Assembly (NCBI GenBank): GCA_963727445.1
Contig: CAVSGI010000008.1
Coordinates: forward strand, 224,001-288,000
Source: an uncultured delta proteobacterium
Lineage (GTDB): Bacteria; Myxococcota_A; Polyangia; Polyangiales; B10-G4
DNA length: 64,000 nucleotides
Direction of reading: 5' to 3'
Shown here: in pieces, positions 49,166-58,787 of the stretch
Numbering within the stretch: the first letter of the stretch is position 1
Layout of the letters: every line of letters begins with the position of its first letter
The notes under the pieces: model-generated
Seen by the model: only the letters and a program-made list of their open reading frames with translations
Databases searched by the model: none
What the model was told of the DNA's origin: nothing
Made by a program: the position numbers and the translations under genes

Positions 49166-49672
49166 TCAGCTGGCGATGCGAAGCGCGCCGGGGAGCGGGA
49201 GGCGGTCCGGCGGGACGAAGGTCGCCCGCGCTTCGGGGGACCAGAGGCGCTCGCGCGAGTAGTGGCGCAAGAGGACCCGCACGTCGCACAGCTCCGGGTG
49301 ACGGATGCAGAAGTCCAGCGAGGTGACGCCCGGGTCGCGCACCCAGGCGTCGGCCACCAGGTGCATGAAAGCGACGGTGACCGTCTCGTGGTAGCCGCTC
49401 TCCTTCGACTCGATGACGCGATTTTCGCGGTTCAGGCGCCGGATGCGACGACGCATCACGGCGGTCGCTTCCGCGAGCGGGAAACGCGAGAGCAGGAGTC
49501 GGGCCGCGCGAAGGTGGCTGAGGTGATCCCACTCGGGCAGGGTCAGGCGCGCATCGACGAAGCGCTCCAAGAAGACCGTGTCGTCGAGGGGAGCGCGGTG
49601 CCGGGCGAGGGGAGGTTCGGGCGCTCGGACGTCCATGCCTTTGGAACGGGGCAGCGGGGCCCCGTATTTCAT
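49166..49672 (-). CDS. Conserved hypothetical protein (H..HL / YHET.T family)
   Basis: WDHLSHLRAA...GYHETVT...HYSRERLWSPEARATFVPPD; overlaps the upstream hydrolase stop by 4 nt; start may be 49636. Confidence 0.75.
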   Translation of the reverse strand: MKYGAPLPRSKGMDVRAPEPPLARHRAPLDDTVFLERFVDARLTLPEWDHLSHLRAARLLLSRFPLAEATAVMRRRIRRLNRENRVIESKESGYHETVTVAFMHLVADAWVRDPGVTSLDFCIRHPELCDVRVLLRHYSRERLWSPEARATFVPPDRLPLPGALRIAS

Positions 49673-50706
49673 CCGAGTGCGCGGTCGAGGCGGTCGAAGG
49701 CGTCCCGGATGGCCCGGAGCTGAGCACGGCGGTGCAAAACCAGGGAAGTCACGTGGCCCGCGGGCAGCCAGCGGAGCTCCGAGCCCTTCCAGTGGCGGTG
49801 GAGGTGCTCGGTCTCTCGTGGCGGGATGAAGCCGTCGCTTCGCGCGCCCATCAGGATGGCGGCCTCGGGCGCGCGGGGCGGGCCGTGATGGCTGACGTTC
49901 ACCGGCTCGAGGCACGAGAGGAAGAACGCCCTCGCCTCTTCGCGTCCGCCCTTGTCCGCGGCCAGGCGATCCCAATCGAAGGCCCGGGTGAGCGCGGAGG
50001 TGGTGAAGATGGGACCCGCCGCCGAGCCGGCGCCGCGGGGAACGGCGGCCACCGGAAACGGAACCATCGCCGCGGCGAAGGCCGCCATCATCCCGCCCTG
50101 GCTGTAGCCGGTGACCCCGACGCGCTCGTGCCCGCGTCGACGCATCCACGACAGGAGCGCGTTCGCCTCGTCGACGGTCACCAGGTTCATGGTGAACTGG
50201 TCGGCGACGGTTCGGAGCGAGGGCCCGAGCTGTCCGGCGGGTCGCCGGCGTCCGTAGTAGGGGTTCTCCAGGATCAGCGCGCCGATGCCGTGACGCAGCA
50301 GGGAGGTGGCCCAGAGCCGTCGGCGCGCGTACCCCTCCTCCGCGGTCGCCGCCAGCATCAAGCACAGGCGCGGCTCACGGCCATGGCGCACCTCGGGCGG
50401 AAGGAGGAGCTCGACGTGACCCCGCTTGCTCGCCTCGGGAAGGAGCTCGGCCATCGGCGTATCGAAGGTGCCCCGCTGCACGCGATAGCCGAGGGCGGAA
50501 CGCGGGCGGCCGTCGAACCGGATCTCAATCTCCGCAGGTGCTGCATCGCCCGGGTAGCGGCGCACCCGCTCCACCAGCTCCTCGAGACGCGCGAGGTCGC
50601 CGAAGCCATCGGCGTACAGAAGGCCGCCGCGCATCAGCGCCCCGAGCGCCCAATCGGTCAGGTAGTGGAGGTCTGGACGAAGCTTCACGCGAGCCCGATG
50701 TACCAT
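49669..50706 (-). CDS. Alpha/beta hydrolase (ABHD18/DUF2048-like)
   Basis: LAATAEEG, LENPYYGRRRP, nucleophile GYSQGG, D.FIP, ELRWL.AGHV. Confidence 0.88.
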   Translation of the reverse strand: MVHRARVKLRPDLHYLTDWALGALMRGGLLYADGFGDLARLEELVERVRRYPGDAAPAEIEIRFDGRPRSALGYRVQRGTFDTPMAELLPEASKRGHVELLLPPEVRHGREPRLCLMLAATAEEGYARRRLWATSLLRHGIGALILENPYYGRRRPAGQLGPSLRTVADQFTMNLVTVDEANALLSWMRRRGHERVGVTGYSQGGMMAAFAAAMVPFPVAAVPRGAGSAAGPIFTTSALTRAFDWDRLAADKGGREEARAFFLSCLEPVNVSHHGPPRAPEAAILMGARSDGFIPPRETEHLHRHWKGSELRWLPAGHVTSLVLHRRAQLRAIRDAFDRLDRALG

Positions 50707-50714
50707 GGAGCGTG

Positions 50715-53700
50715 GTGTCTGCCCCGTCAGCGTTTGCGGGAGGGCGCTACCGGGTCGACGAATCCCTCGGACGCGGTGGCATGGGCCAGGTCTTCGCAGC
50801 CTGGGACACCGCCGAGGAGCGGGCGGTCGCGGTCAAGGCGCTGCGCACCGACAGGGAAGAGGAACGGCGACAAAGGGCCGAGCTCCGCTTCCGGCGCGAA
50901 TTCCACTCCCTGGCGAGCCTCGCGCATCCGCGGATCATCGAGGTCTACGACTACGGCGTCGACCCGGACCGAGGGCCCTTCTACACGATGGAGCTCCTGG
51001 ACGGCCACGACCTGAAGGAGCGAATCGGCAAGGCGTCCATCCCCGAGACCTGCCGGCTCCTGCGCGACGTCGCGGCGGCCCTCGCCCTGCTCCACATCCG
51101 CGGGATGGTGCACCGCGACCTCGCGCCGAAGAACGTGCGCTGCACCGAGGACGGGCACGCCAAGCTCATCGACTTCGGCGTACTCGCGAACGTGGGCGCC
51201 TCCGGAGAGATCGCCGGTACGCTGCCCTACATCGCCCCCGAGAGCCTGCGCGGGATGCCCCTCGACGGTCGCACCGATCTCTACTCGCTCGGAGCCCTCG
51301 CCTATCACCTCCTCACCGGGACGGTGCCCTACTCCGTTCGGAGCCTCGACGATTTCGAGCACGCCTGGCAGCGCACGGTGGTCCCTCCTTCGCACGTCGT
51401 CGACGATGTACCGCCGGCGATGGACGAGCTGATCTTGTCCCTGCTGTGCCTCGATCCCATGGGGCGACCCGCCAGCGCGGCGGAGGTGATCGAGCGACTC
51501 ACCGGCATCGGTCAGCTCGACGTCGATCCCGACATCGAGGTCGAGCAGGGTTTCCTCGCCAGCGCCGCGATGGTGGGCCGCAAGCACGAGATGAAGGTGA
51601 TGCGGAGCTGCGTGAAGCTGGCGGTGCGCGGCAGCGGCAACGCAGCCTTCATCGAAGCGGAGTCGGGGACCGGAAAGAGCCGGCTCTTGCGAGAGGTGGC
51701 CCTCGAGGCGAAGGTCGCAGGCGCCGTCACGGCGGAGGTGAGCTGCGAGACGGCGGCCGGCGGCCCCTACGACGTGATCCGCAACCTCATGGCCTCGCTC
51801 TGGGAGAGCGCCGACGCCGACGTCAAAGCGGCCGCGGAGAAGGACGCGCCGGTGCTCGGACACGTGTTCCCCGAGGTGCTGTCGCGACTGCCGGGCATGA
51901 CCCTGGCGGAGCCGGCGACCGACCCCGCGGAGCAGCGCATGCGCATTCAGCGGGCGGTGGCCGACTCGATCCTGGCCATCGCGGAGCGCCGGAGCGTGGC
52001 GCTCTTCATCGACGATGTGCAGCGCTGCGACGAGGCCTCGGCCGCGGTGCTGGCCAGCCTCACCCGCGAGTGTCAGCGCGCGTCACTGTCGTTGGTCATC
52101 GCCTCCCGAACCAACGAGGAGGTCCGCGCGAAAGCGGCGGTCGCCGCCATGCGACGCTGCCGCACCAACCTCTTCCTCACCGGTCTCGATCGCAAGGAGA
52201 TCGAGGAGCTCGTGAAGTCGCTCTTCGGTGACGCCAAGAACGCGCGCAGGCTCGCCCGCTTCATGCGAGACGTCACCGGCGGAAGCCCGCTCTACTGCAC
52301 GGAGCTCTGCCGTCACCTGGTGGACGTCGGGACGATTCGCTACGAGGACGGCCTGTGGATCCTCCCGGCCAGCTTCGACCGGGAGGACGCACCTGTCGGC
52401 CTCGCGGCCGCGATGGACTCCCGCATCGCCCAGCTGGACGCATCCGGCCGCACCCTCGGTGAAGCGCTCGCCGTCGTCGGCGGCGTGATCGAGCTGGAGC
52501 GCGTGGTGCAGCTCGCCGAAGGAACCCATGACGAGACCTTCGCGGCGCTGGACGACCTGACGCGCCACGGCGTCCTCGTCGGCAGCAAAGACCGCTACCG
52601 CTTTCGTCACGACGGACTTCGCGAGGCGTTGCTCCGCGGTCTGTCCGACGAGCGGCGACGCCACCTCCACCTCCGGGTCGCCGAGGCACTCGAGAGCGAC
52701 GCCGACCGAGTGGAGCGCGCAGCCGCGGTGGGCTGGCACTTCTACGAGGCGGGCGAGCACGAGCGCGCGGTTCGCTACCTGGACGCGGCCGGGAGGCGGC
52801 TCTTCGAGGCGCAGGCGCTGAGCGACTGCATCGCGCCGCTCCACACGGCGGTCGAGATCCATCGGGCACAAGCCGCGCCCCGCACCCGATACATGGAGCT
52901 GTTGGCGATGCTCCTCGCCGCCGGCTGGGTGAGCGATCGCGAGGTGGGCGACGCCGTGGCTTCGGAGACGGTCCACGTCTATCACCGCTACGTCGGCATG
53001 AAGCTCGCCGAGCGCCTGGGACGCATCGTGGGGCGACACCTCGCCTTCGTGGTTGGTCTGAGCGTCTCGTTCCTCGGTTGGATCTTCGCGCTGCCGGGTC
53101 GCCGAGGCCCTCGCCCCGACCGCGCCCTGATCCAGTTCATGGTGTCGCTCGGCTACGCCTGCGGTCTGGCGAACGCGGCGAACCACGTGGAGCAGCTCCA
53201 GCGCTACGTGCGCCTGGCCGAAGTCCTCGACATTCTTCACGGACGATTTCCGTACGCGGCGTATCTGGGCATCAAGAGCTTCCCCGACATCCTGCTCGGC
53301 CATCTGGGGGCGGGGGCGAAGAAGCTCTCACGCTCGGTCGAGATCATCACCACCGACCGCCTCACCCCCGCGACCGACTTCGAGCGCCGCCTCGCGGAGG
53401 CCGGCATGCGGGGCCTCCGCGCGCTGATCGACGTGAACCAGCTCAACCCGCGGCTGCACGACGACCTCGCGCGCTGCGCCGAGCTCGGGCTGCGCTATTA
53501 CCAGCTGGTGGCCGAGACGACGATGGTGGTGCACCACCGCTACCGCGGCGAGGAGGCCTTGGCGCGCGCCCTCGAGGAGAAGCTGGAGGCGGCGAGCCTG
53601 CAGCTCGGGTCGTGGTCCACGGACGTGCAGATACTCCTCTTCGCACATCCGGCATATGCGGTCTGTCGCGACGTGGTGGGGCTGAAGCGGAGCTATCGCG

Positions 53701-54455
53701 AGCTCGAGCGGCGCGTCGAAGAAGGCATGAGCTTCGAAAACCGCCTGGCGCTGATCCAGTGCGAGCTGGAGCGGGAGCGCGGGGACTTCGACCGAGCCGT
53801 CGACACGGGCTCGAGGGTGGTGGCCGATTGCACCGAGGACAACGTCCTGTTCCGACAGTGGGGCCTGTCCGCGGTGGCCGAGGCGCAGCTCGCCGCCGGC
53901 CGGTGGGCAGAGGCCGCCGAGTCGGCGCGGCGCTGTCTGTCGATCGCCGAAGACCCCGAGCTCGAGGTGGTGATCCCGCGCCTTCGGTGCGAGCGGATCC
54001 TGGGGATGGCCGAGGTGGGCCTCGGCGAAGTGGAATCCGGCACCCGCCGCCTCGAGCGCTTGATCCGCGAGACCGAGGGCTTCGGCGCGCCTTCCCTGGC
54101 GGGCCTCGCCCACGAGGCGCGCGCACGCGTGGCACTCAACGCCGACGACCGGCCGACCTACCTGCACCACGCGAACGAAGCCAATCGCTGGTTTCGCTCC
54201 ACCGACAACCCGTGCCTCATCGCGATCGGCGAACGCCTGGTGGACGCTGGCGCACCCCGCCGCCAGGTGGAGCGGCAGGAGCTGCGCGCGCTGTCGACGC
54301 TCGCCGACGTACGCTCCCAGCGCACGGGGTCCGAGACGTCGGTTCAGCGCCCGAGCACCGCTACCAGCGACTCACGGGACGCCGAGACCCTCGCCGAAGA
54401 GTCGAACAGCTTCGACCGCACGCTGAGCGAGCGCCCCACGCGAAAGCGGGACTAG
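50715..54455 (+). CDS. Ser/Thr kinase + AAA (STAND-like) ATPase + helical/TPR region
   Basis: LGRGGMG, HRDLAPKN, DFG, GTLPYIAPE; Walker A ESGTGKSRL; Walker B LFIDDVQ; TGGSPLY; RFRHD. Confidence 0.92.
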   Translation: MSAPSAFAGGRYRVDESLGRGGMGQVFAAWDTAEERAVAVKALRTDREEERRQRAELRFRREFHSLASLAHPRIIEVYDYGVDPDRGPFYTMELLDGHDLKERIGKASIPETCRLLRDVAAALALLHIRGMVHRDLAPKNVRCTEDGHAKLIDFGVLANVGASGEIAGTLPYIAPESLRGMPLDGRTDLYSLGALAYHLLTGTVPYSVRSLDDFEHAWQRTVVPPSHVVDDVPPAMDELILSLLCLDPMGRPASAAEVIERLTGIGQLDVDPDIEVEQGFLASAAMVGRKHEMKVMRSCVKLAVRGSGNAAFIEAESGTGKSRLLREVALEAKVAGAVTAEVSCETAAGGPYDVIRNLMASLWESADADVKAAAEKDAPVLGHVFPEVLSRLPGMTLAEPATDPAEQRMRIQRAVADSILAIAERRSVALFIDDVQRCDEASAAVLASLTRECQRASLSLVIASRTNEEVRAKAAVAAMRRCRTNLFLTGLDRKEIEELVKSLFGDAKNARRLARFMRDVTGGSPLYCTELCRHLVDVGTIRYEDGLWILPASFDREDAPVGLAAAMDSRIAQLDASGRTLGEALAVVGGVIELERVVQLAEGTHDETFAALDDLTRHGVLVGSKDRYRFRHDGLREALLRGLSDERRRHLHLRVAEALESDADRVERAAAVGWHFYEAGEHERAVRYLDAAGRRLFEAQALSDCIAPLHTAVEIHRAQAAPRTRYMELLAMLLAAGWVSDREVGDAVASETVHVYHRYVGMKLAERLGRIVGRHLAFVVGLSVSFLGWIFALPGRRGPRPDRALIQFMVSLGYACGLANAANHVEQLQRYVRLAEVLDILHGRFPYAAYLGIKSFPDILLGHLGAGAKKLSRSVEIITTDRLTPATDFERRLAEAGMRGLRALIDVNQLNPRLHDDLARCAELGLRYYQLVAETTMVVHHRYRGEEALARALEEKLEAASLQLGSWSTDVQILLFAHPAYAVCRDVVGLKRSYRELERRVEEGMSFENRLALIQCELERERGDFDRAVDTGSRVVADCTEDNVLFRQWGLSAVAEAQLAAGRWAEAAESARRCLSIAEDPELEVVIPRLRCERILGMAEVGLGEVESGTRRLERLIRETEGFGAPSLAGLAHEARARVALNADDRPTYLHHANEANRWFRSTDNPCLIAIGERLVDAGAPRRQVERQELRALSTLADVRSQRTGSETSVQRPSTATSDSRDAETLAEESNSFDRTLSERPTRKRD

Positions 54456-55897
54456 GAGAACTCCATCACGCCGTCGTCGATCTTGCCGTGGCGGATCATC
54501 CAGAGGTCCTTGGCGTAGTTCATGTGCACCCGCCAGGGCATCTTCGACCCCTGCTTCGGCAGGTCGCCGAGGGCACGCTGGACGTAGCCCGAGTCGAAGT
54601 CGAGGAAGGGAACCTCCTCCATATCCGGATCGTGCTGCCGCGGCACGCACACCCGATAGTGGTGACGCCGCATGTGGTTCAAAAGCCGGCAGACGTACTC
54701 GCTGGTGAGATCGGCCTTCAGGGTCCACGACGCGTTGGTGTAGCCGTAAGAGACGGCGAAGTTGGGGACGTCGCCGAACATCATCGCCTTGTAGGCCATC
54801 AGGTCCCTCGGCTCGACCTTCTCCCCATCCACATCGATGTCGATCCCGGCGGCGAAGAGGAGCTTGAGCCCCGTGGCGGTGATGATCAGGTCCGCTTCCA
54901 GCTCCTCGCCCGACCGAAGCATGATCCCCTTCTCGGTGAAGGTCTCGATGTGGTCGGTGACCACCGAAGCGCTGCCGTCCTTGATGGCGTCGAAGAGATC
55001 CCCGTCGGGCACCACGCACAGGCGCTGATCCCACGGGTCGTAGCTCGGCGTGAAATGGGTCTCGACGTCGTAGCCCTGCCCCAGGGCCTTCTTCACGCCC
55101 CCGATGAAGAACTTCTTCATGCGCTCGGGGGCTTTTCGCGAAGCGGTGTAGATCCCGAGCGAGCCGAAGACGTTCTTCCAGCGCGTGATGGCGTACGCGA
55201 CCTCGGGTGAGAAGCGGCGACGAAGGCGCTCGGCGATGCGGTCCTCGCTCGGGAGCGACATGATGTAGGTCGGCGAGCGCTGGAGCATCGTGACGTGCTC
55301 CGCCTTCTTGGCGAGCTCGGGCACCAGGGTGATGGCCGTCGCGCCGCTGCCGATCACGATCACCCGCTTGTCTTCCCAGACGATGTCGTCGGTCCAGAAC
55401 TGCGGATGCACGATCCGCCCCTCGAACCTGTCACGACCGGGGAACTCGGGCAGGTAGCCCTCGTCGTAGTCGTAGTAGCCGCTGCACAGGAAGAGGAAGT
55501 CGCAGCTCAGCTCGATGTCCTGGTCCTCGTCCTCGCGATGCACCTTCACCGTCCAGCGCGCGTCCTCGCTCGACCAGGACGCGCCGAGCACGCGGTGCCC
55601 GTAGCGGATCCGCGGCCCGAGGCCGTACTTGTCCACCACGTGCTCGAGGTAGCCGAGGATCGACGGGCCGTCGGCGATCGCCTTCTGCTCCACCCAGGGC
55701 TCGAAGCGAAAGCCGAGGGTGTGCATGTCCGAGTCGGAGCGGATGCCGGGATAGCGGAAGAGGTCCCAGGTCCCGCCCAGGCGCGGCCGGCCTTCGAGGA
55801 TCGCGAAGGTGCGATCCGGACAGCGCTCTTGCAAATGATAGGCGGCGCCGATCCCGGAGATGCCGGCGCCCACCACCAATACGTCGAAGTGCTCCAA
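54452..55897 (-). CDS. FAD-containing Baeyer-Villiger-type monooxygenase, EthA-like
   Basis: GAGISG, GGTWDLFRYPGIRSDSDM, F.GRIVHPQFW, GSGATA, MLQRSPTY, PWDQRLC, GYTNASWTLK. Confidence 0.94.
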   Translation of the reverse strand: MEHFDVLVVGAGISGIGAAYHLQERCPDRTFAILEGRPRLGGTWDLFRYPGIRSDSDMHTLGFRFEPWVEQKAIADGPSILGYLEHVVDKYGLGPRIRYGHRVLGASWSSEDARWTVKVHREDEDQDIELSCDFLFLCSGYYDYDEGYLPEFPGRDRFEGRIVHPQFWTDDIVWEDKRVIVIGSGATAITLVPELAKKAEHVTMLQRSPTYIMSLPSEDRIAERLRRRFSPEVAYAITRWKNVFGSLGIYTASRKAPERMKKFFIGGVKKALGQGYDVETHFTPSYDPWDQRLCVVPDGDLFDAIKDGSASVVTDHIETFTEKGIMLRSGEELEADLIITATGLKLLFAAGIDIDVDGEKVEPRDLMAYKAMMFGDVPNFAVSYGYTNASWTLKADLTSEYVCRLLNHMRRHHYRVCVPRQHDPDMEEVPFLDFDSGYVQRALGDLPKQGSKMPWRVHMNYAKDLWMIRHGKIDDGVMEFS

Positions 55898-55923
55898 GTG
55901 TCCTCTCGGGGGAGTCTAAGGGT

Positions 55924-57291
55924 TTACGGCAGAGGCGGTAGCGGAGGAAGCCCGCGACCTCGAAGCCAGACCGCCACCAGCTCCGAGGTGTCGAAGCCGG
56001 TCTCGCTCTCGATGGCCGCGATCAGCTCGCCCATCGAGGCGGCCTCCTTGCCCCCGTGCGCCATGTAGAAGCCGGAGAGCGCGCGGTCGAGGGCCTCGCG
56101 TCCCACCTCGAGCTCCACCTCCCGCAGGAAGAAGGCCCCCTTGGTGTAGGGGATCGAGGACCAGACGGGGTGGTGCAGGATGTCGATGGTGTCGCAGCCC
56201 GTGGGCCACGCTTCGGTGTCTCCACGAGAGATCGCGTTGCGAAGGTCCGTCGCGTAGCCGGCCCACACCTCCGACTCCGCCGTCGGTCCATCCGCGGCCG
56301 CGACGCCGCGCGACGCGAGATAGGTGCTGACGCCCTCCGACAGGACGAAGTCCTCCCAGCATCGCATGCGCACCCCGTCGCCGTACCAGCCGTGGGCGGC
56401 CTCGTGCGCCTGGACGACGGTGCTCGCCATCACGGGCCTCGAGACGTGGAAGAAGGGGTGATGCTCCATGCCCCCGAGGCCACCCGTCGGGCCCCAGGTC
56501 GCAGACACCGACGCCATCTCGCCGCCGAAGAGATAGGGCCCGTAGGTCCGCTCGTAGAAGTCGACGATTCCAACCAGGGAGTCGACGCCTTCGTGCGCGG
56601 AGTCGCCCTCCCCGCGAAAGTAGTAGACGCCGATGTCGGTGCCGGCGCTCGTCGTGCCGAGGTGGTCGAACTGATAGTCGCCGACGGCGATCGCGATCAT
56701 GTAAGAGGGCGCTGGCGACGGGATCTCGGTGGGGTAGACGGCGGTCATGCCCTCGGGCACGCCCTCCACCGTCAAGGTGAAGGTGGTTCCGTCGCGCGGC
56801 GAGCTCACGCAGGGGAAGAGGTTTTCACAGAAGTAAGGCCACAGGAACGTGACGCCGTCGTCGGGGACCCACCCTTGTAGCGTCCCGGAAGGTTTCGCCG
56901 GAAACGTGTAATCGAAGCGATAGGTGGTCTCGGCGCCGATGTTACCGGGCAAGCGCATCACCCCGTTCTGACGCGCCACGGGCACCGTGCTCCCCGAGGC
57001 GCCCGTGACCCGAAGGTTGCCGAGCCCGCCCGCTTCGAGCTCGACCACCTCGGCGGCGCCGTAGGTGATCTCCGCGTGGCCTCGAAGATGCGCGAGGTCG
57101 AGGGTGAGGGCCGTGGAGATCACGCCCTGCCCCGCCGAGGGCACCTCGGCGTGGGCGGCGTCCACGCGCGAAGCGTCCGCGACGCCAGTGTCACCATCTG
57201 GCGCCGAGTCGGGCCCCCGTGGCGCCGCGCCCGAGCAGCCGGCGAGGACGAGCATCCCCAGTGCGAGCGCTCGAAACTGCGGGCACGACAT
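55924..57291 (-). CDS. M1 family Zn-aminopeptidase lipoprotein (short form)
   Basis: LAGC lipobox; LFPC; PSYMIAIAVG; GGMEH; HEAAH-X18-E; YTKGA. Confidence 0.9.
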   Translation of the reverse strand: MSCPQFRALALGMLVLAGCSGAAPRGPDSAPDGDTGVADASRVDAAHAEVPSAGQGVISTALTLDLAHLRGHAEITYGAAEVVELEAGGLGNLRVTGASGSTVPVARQNGVMRLPGNIGAETTYRFDYTFPAKPSGTLQGWVPDDGVTFLWPYFCENLFPCVSSPRDGTTFTLTVEGVPEGMTAVYPTEIPSPAPSYMIAIAVGDYQFDHLGTTSAGTDIGVYYFRGEGDSAHEGVDSLVGIVDFYERTYGPYLFGGEMASVSATWGPTGGLGGMEHHPFFHVSRPVMASTVVQAHEAAHGWYGDGVRMRCWEDFVLSEGVSTYLASRGVAAADGPTAESEVWAGYATDLRNAISRGDTEAWPTGCDTIDILHHPVWSSIPYTKGAFFLREVELEVGREALDRALSGFYMAHGGKEAASMGELIAAIESETGFDTSELVAVWLRGRGLPPLPPLP

Positions 57292-57378
57292 CGCGGCGAT
57301 GATAGCGCGCTTTGTCGGCGAGAGGCCGCTCACGCTCCGGGTGCGGATGCACCTCCGGTCTTGAGGTAGACTATTCGA

Positions 57379-58746
57379 ATGGCGCGGGTTCTGTACATGG
57401 CGCTGACGCTGACTCTGCTGGCGGCCCATCCAGCCGCGGCGCTCAGCACCCGCCTGAGCTTGTCGTCGGGACGGCAGCCGAGCCCGCGCGTGGCGCCTCC
57501 GGTGCAGAACGTCCTGGTGGTGGTCGTCGACACGCTCCGCGCGGACAGGCTGCGGGCCTACGATCCGCGCGCCGCGCTCCCCACCCCGGTCTTCAGCCGT
57601 CTCGCCCGCGAGAGCCAGGTATTCGACAACGCCTACGCGTCCGCCTCGTGGACCAAGCCGAGCACGGCCACGCTCCTCACCGGTGTGCTGCCCGCACGTC
57701 ATGGCGCGACCAGCCACAGCCGCTCCGTCGATCCCGAGGCGCCCTACCTCGCCGAGTGGATGTCGAACGCCGGCTACGAGACGGGCGCCTTCATCGCCAA
57801 CGGCTACATCAGTGAGGGCTTCGGCTTTTCGCGAGGCTTCGACGAGTTCCGCAACGCCGCCCAGACCGGTCGCGCCGCGGGTGACGAGCTGGTGGAGGAT
57901 CTCCTCGCCTGGCTGGACGCACACGAGGGCGGCGCGCCCTTCTTCGCGTATCTCCACACCACCGACGTACACGCGCCCTACCTGCCGCGGCCCAGCACGG
58001 TCGCCCTCGTCGACCCCGCGCCCTACGACGGCCCCATCGACTTCCACGAGACGCCGAACGTCCTTCGCAGCGTCGAACGCGGCGAGCTCGCGCTGGTGGC
58101 GCGCGATCGCGCACGCATCCGCGCGCTGTATGACGCTGGCGTCGCCGACCACGACGAGCTGGTGCTCGGCCCGCTCCTCGCCGGGCTGCGCGAGCGCGGC
58201 CTGATGCGCAATACGCTGGTGATCATCACCGCGGATCACGGCGAGGAGCTCTTCGACCACGGCTCGGTGGGACACGGCGGCTCGCGCGTCTACCAGGAGC
58301 TGATCCACGTGCCACTCGTGATGTGCTGGCCGGGCCTGCCCGCGGCGCGGGTACGGGGCACGGTGGGTCTGGTCTCGATCGCCGCCACCATCGCGGACGC
58401 GACGGGTGTGCCGGTCACCGAGGCGCTGGACGGCAGCTCCCTGGTCCCGATCCTCGAAGGGCAGCGGGCCAGCACCGGGCCGGTGCTCGGCGAGACCGGC
58501 GGTCTCTTCTACGCCGTCAGCGGGCAATTCAAGCTCGTGCGCTCGGTGGACGCCGGGGATTTCTGGCTCGACCTCGCGGGCGATCCGTGGGAGCGACAGA
58601 GCGCCTGGAGCATCGGCGGAAAGGAGATCGCCCGACTGGGATCGGCGCTGACGCTGCTGACGCCGCCTCCGGACGAGGAAGCCCCGGCCGCCGAGATCGA
58701 CCGCGATACGTTGCGCCGCTTGCGCGCCCTGGGGTACGTCGAATAG
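57379..58746 (+). CDS. Sulfatase family protein (Ser-type)
   Basis: NVLVVVVDTLRADRL, SWTKPS.A.LLTG, DVHAPY, TADHGEE, HVPL, C-terminal LRALGYVE. Confidence 0.92.
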   Translation: MARVLYMALTLTLLAAHPAAALSTRLSLSSGRQPSPRVAPPVQNVLVVVVDTLRADRLRAYDPRAALPTPVFSRLARESQVFDNAYASASWTKPSTATLLTGVLPARHGATSHSRSVDPEAPYLAEWMSNAGYETGAFIANGYISEGFGFSRGFDEFRNAAQTGRAAGDELVEDLLAWLDAHEGGAPFFAYLHTTDVHAPYLPRPSTVALVDPAPYDGPIDFHETPNVLRSVERGELALVARDRARIRALYDAGVADHDELVLGPLLAGLRERGLMRNTLVIITADHGEELFDHGSVGHGGSRVYQELIHVPLVMCWPGLPAARVRGTVGLVSIAATIADATGVPVTEALDGSSLVPILEGQRASTGPVLGETGGLFYAVSGQFKLVRSVDAGDFWLDLAGDPWERQSAWSIGGKEIARLGSALTLLTPPPDEEAPAAEIDRDTLRRLRALGYVE

Positions 58747-58787
58747 TCGTTGAAGCTCCGGCGCTCCGGCCCGTCCCACTTTCGATC

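Noticed and set aside
55924..58779. 951-aa ORF as a large aminopeptidase
   Set aside because: The N-terminal ~495 aa is the antisense shadow of the sulfatase; the real gene starts at 57291 with a lipobox.
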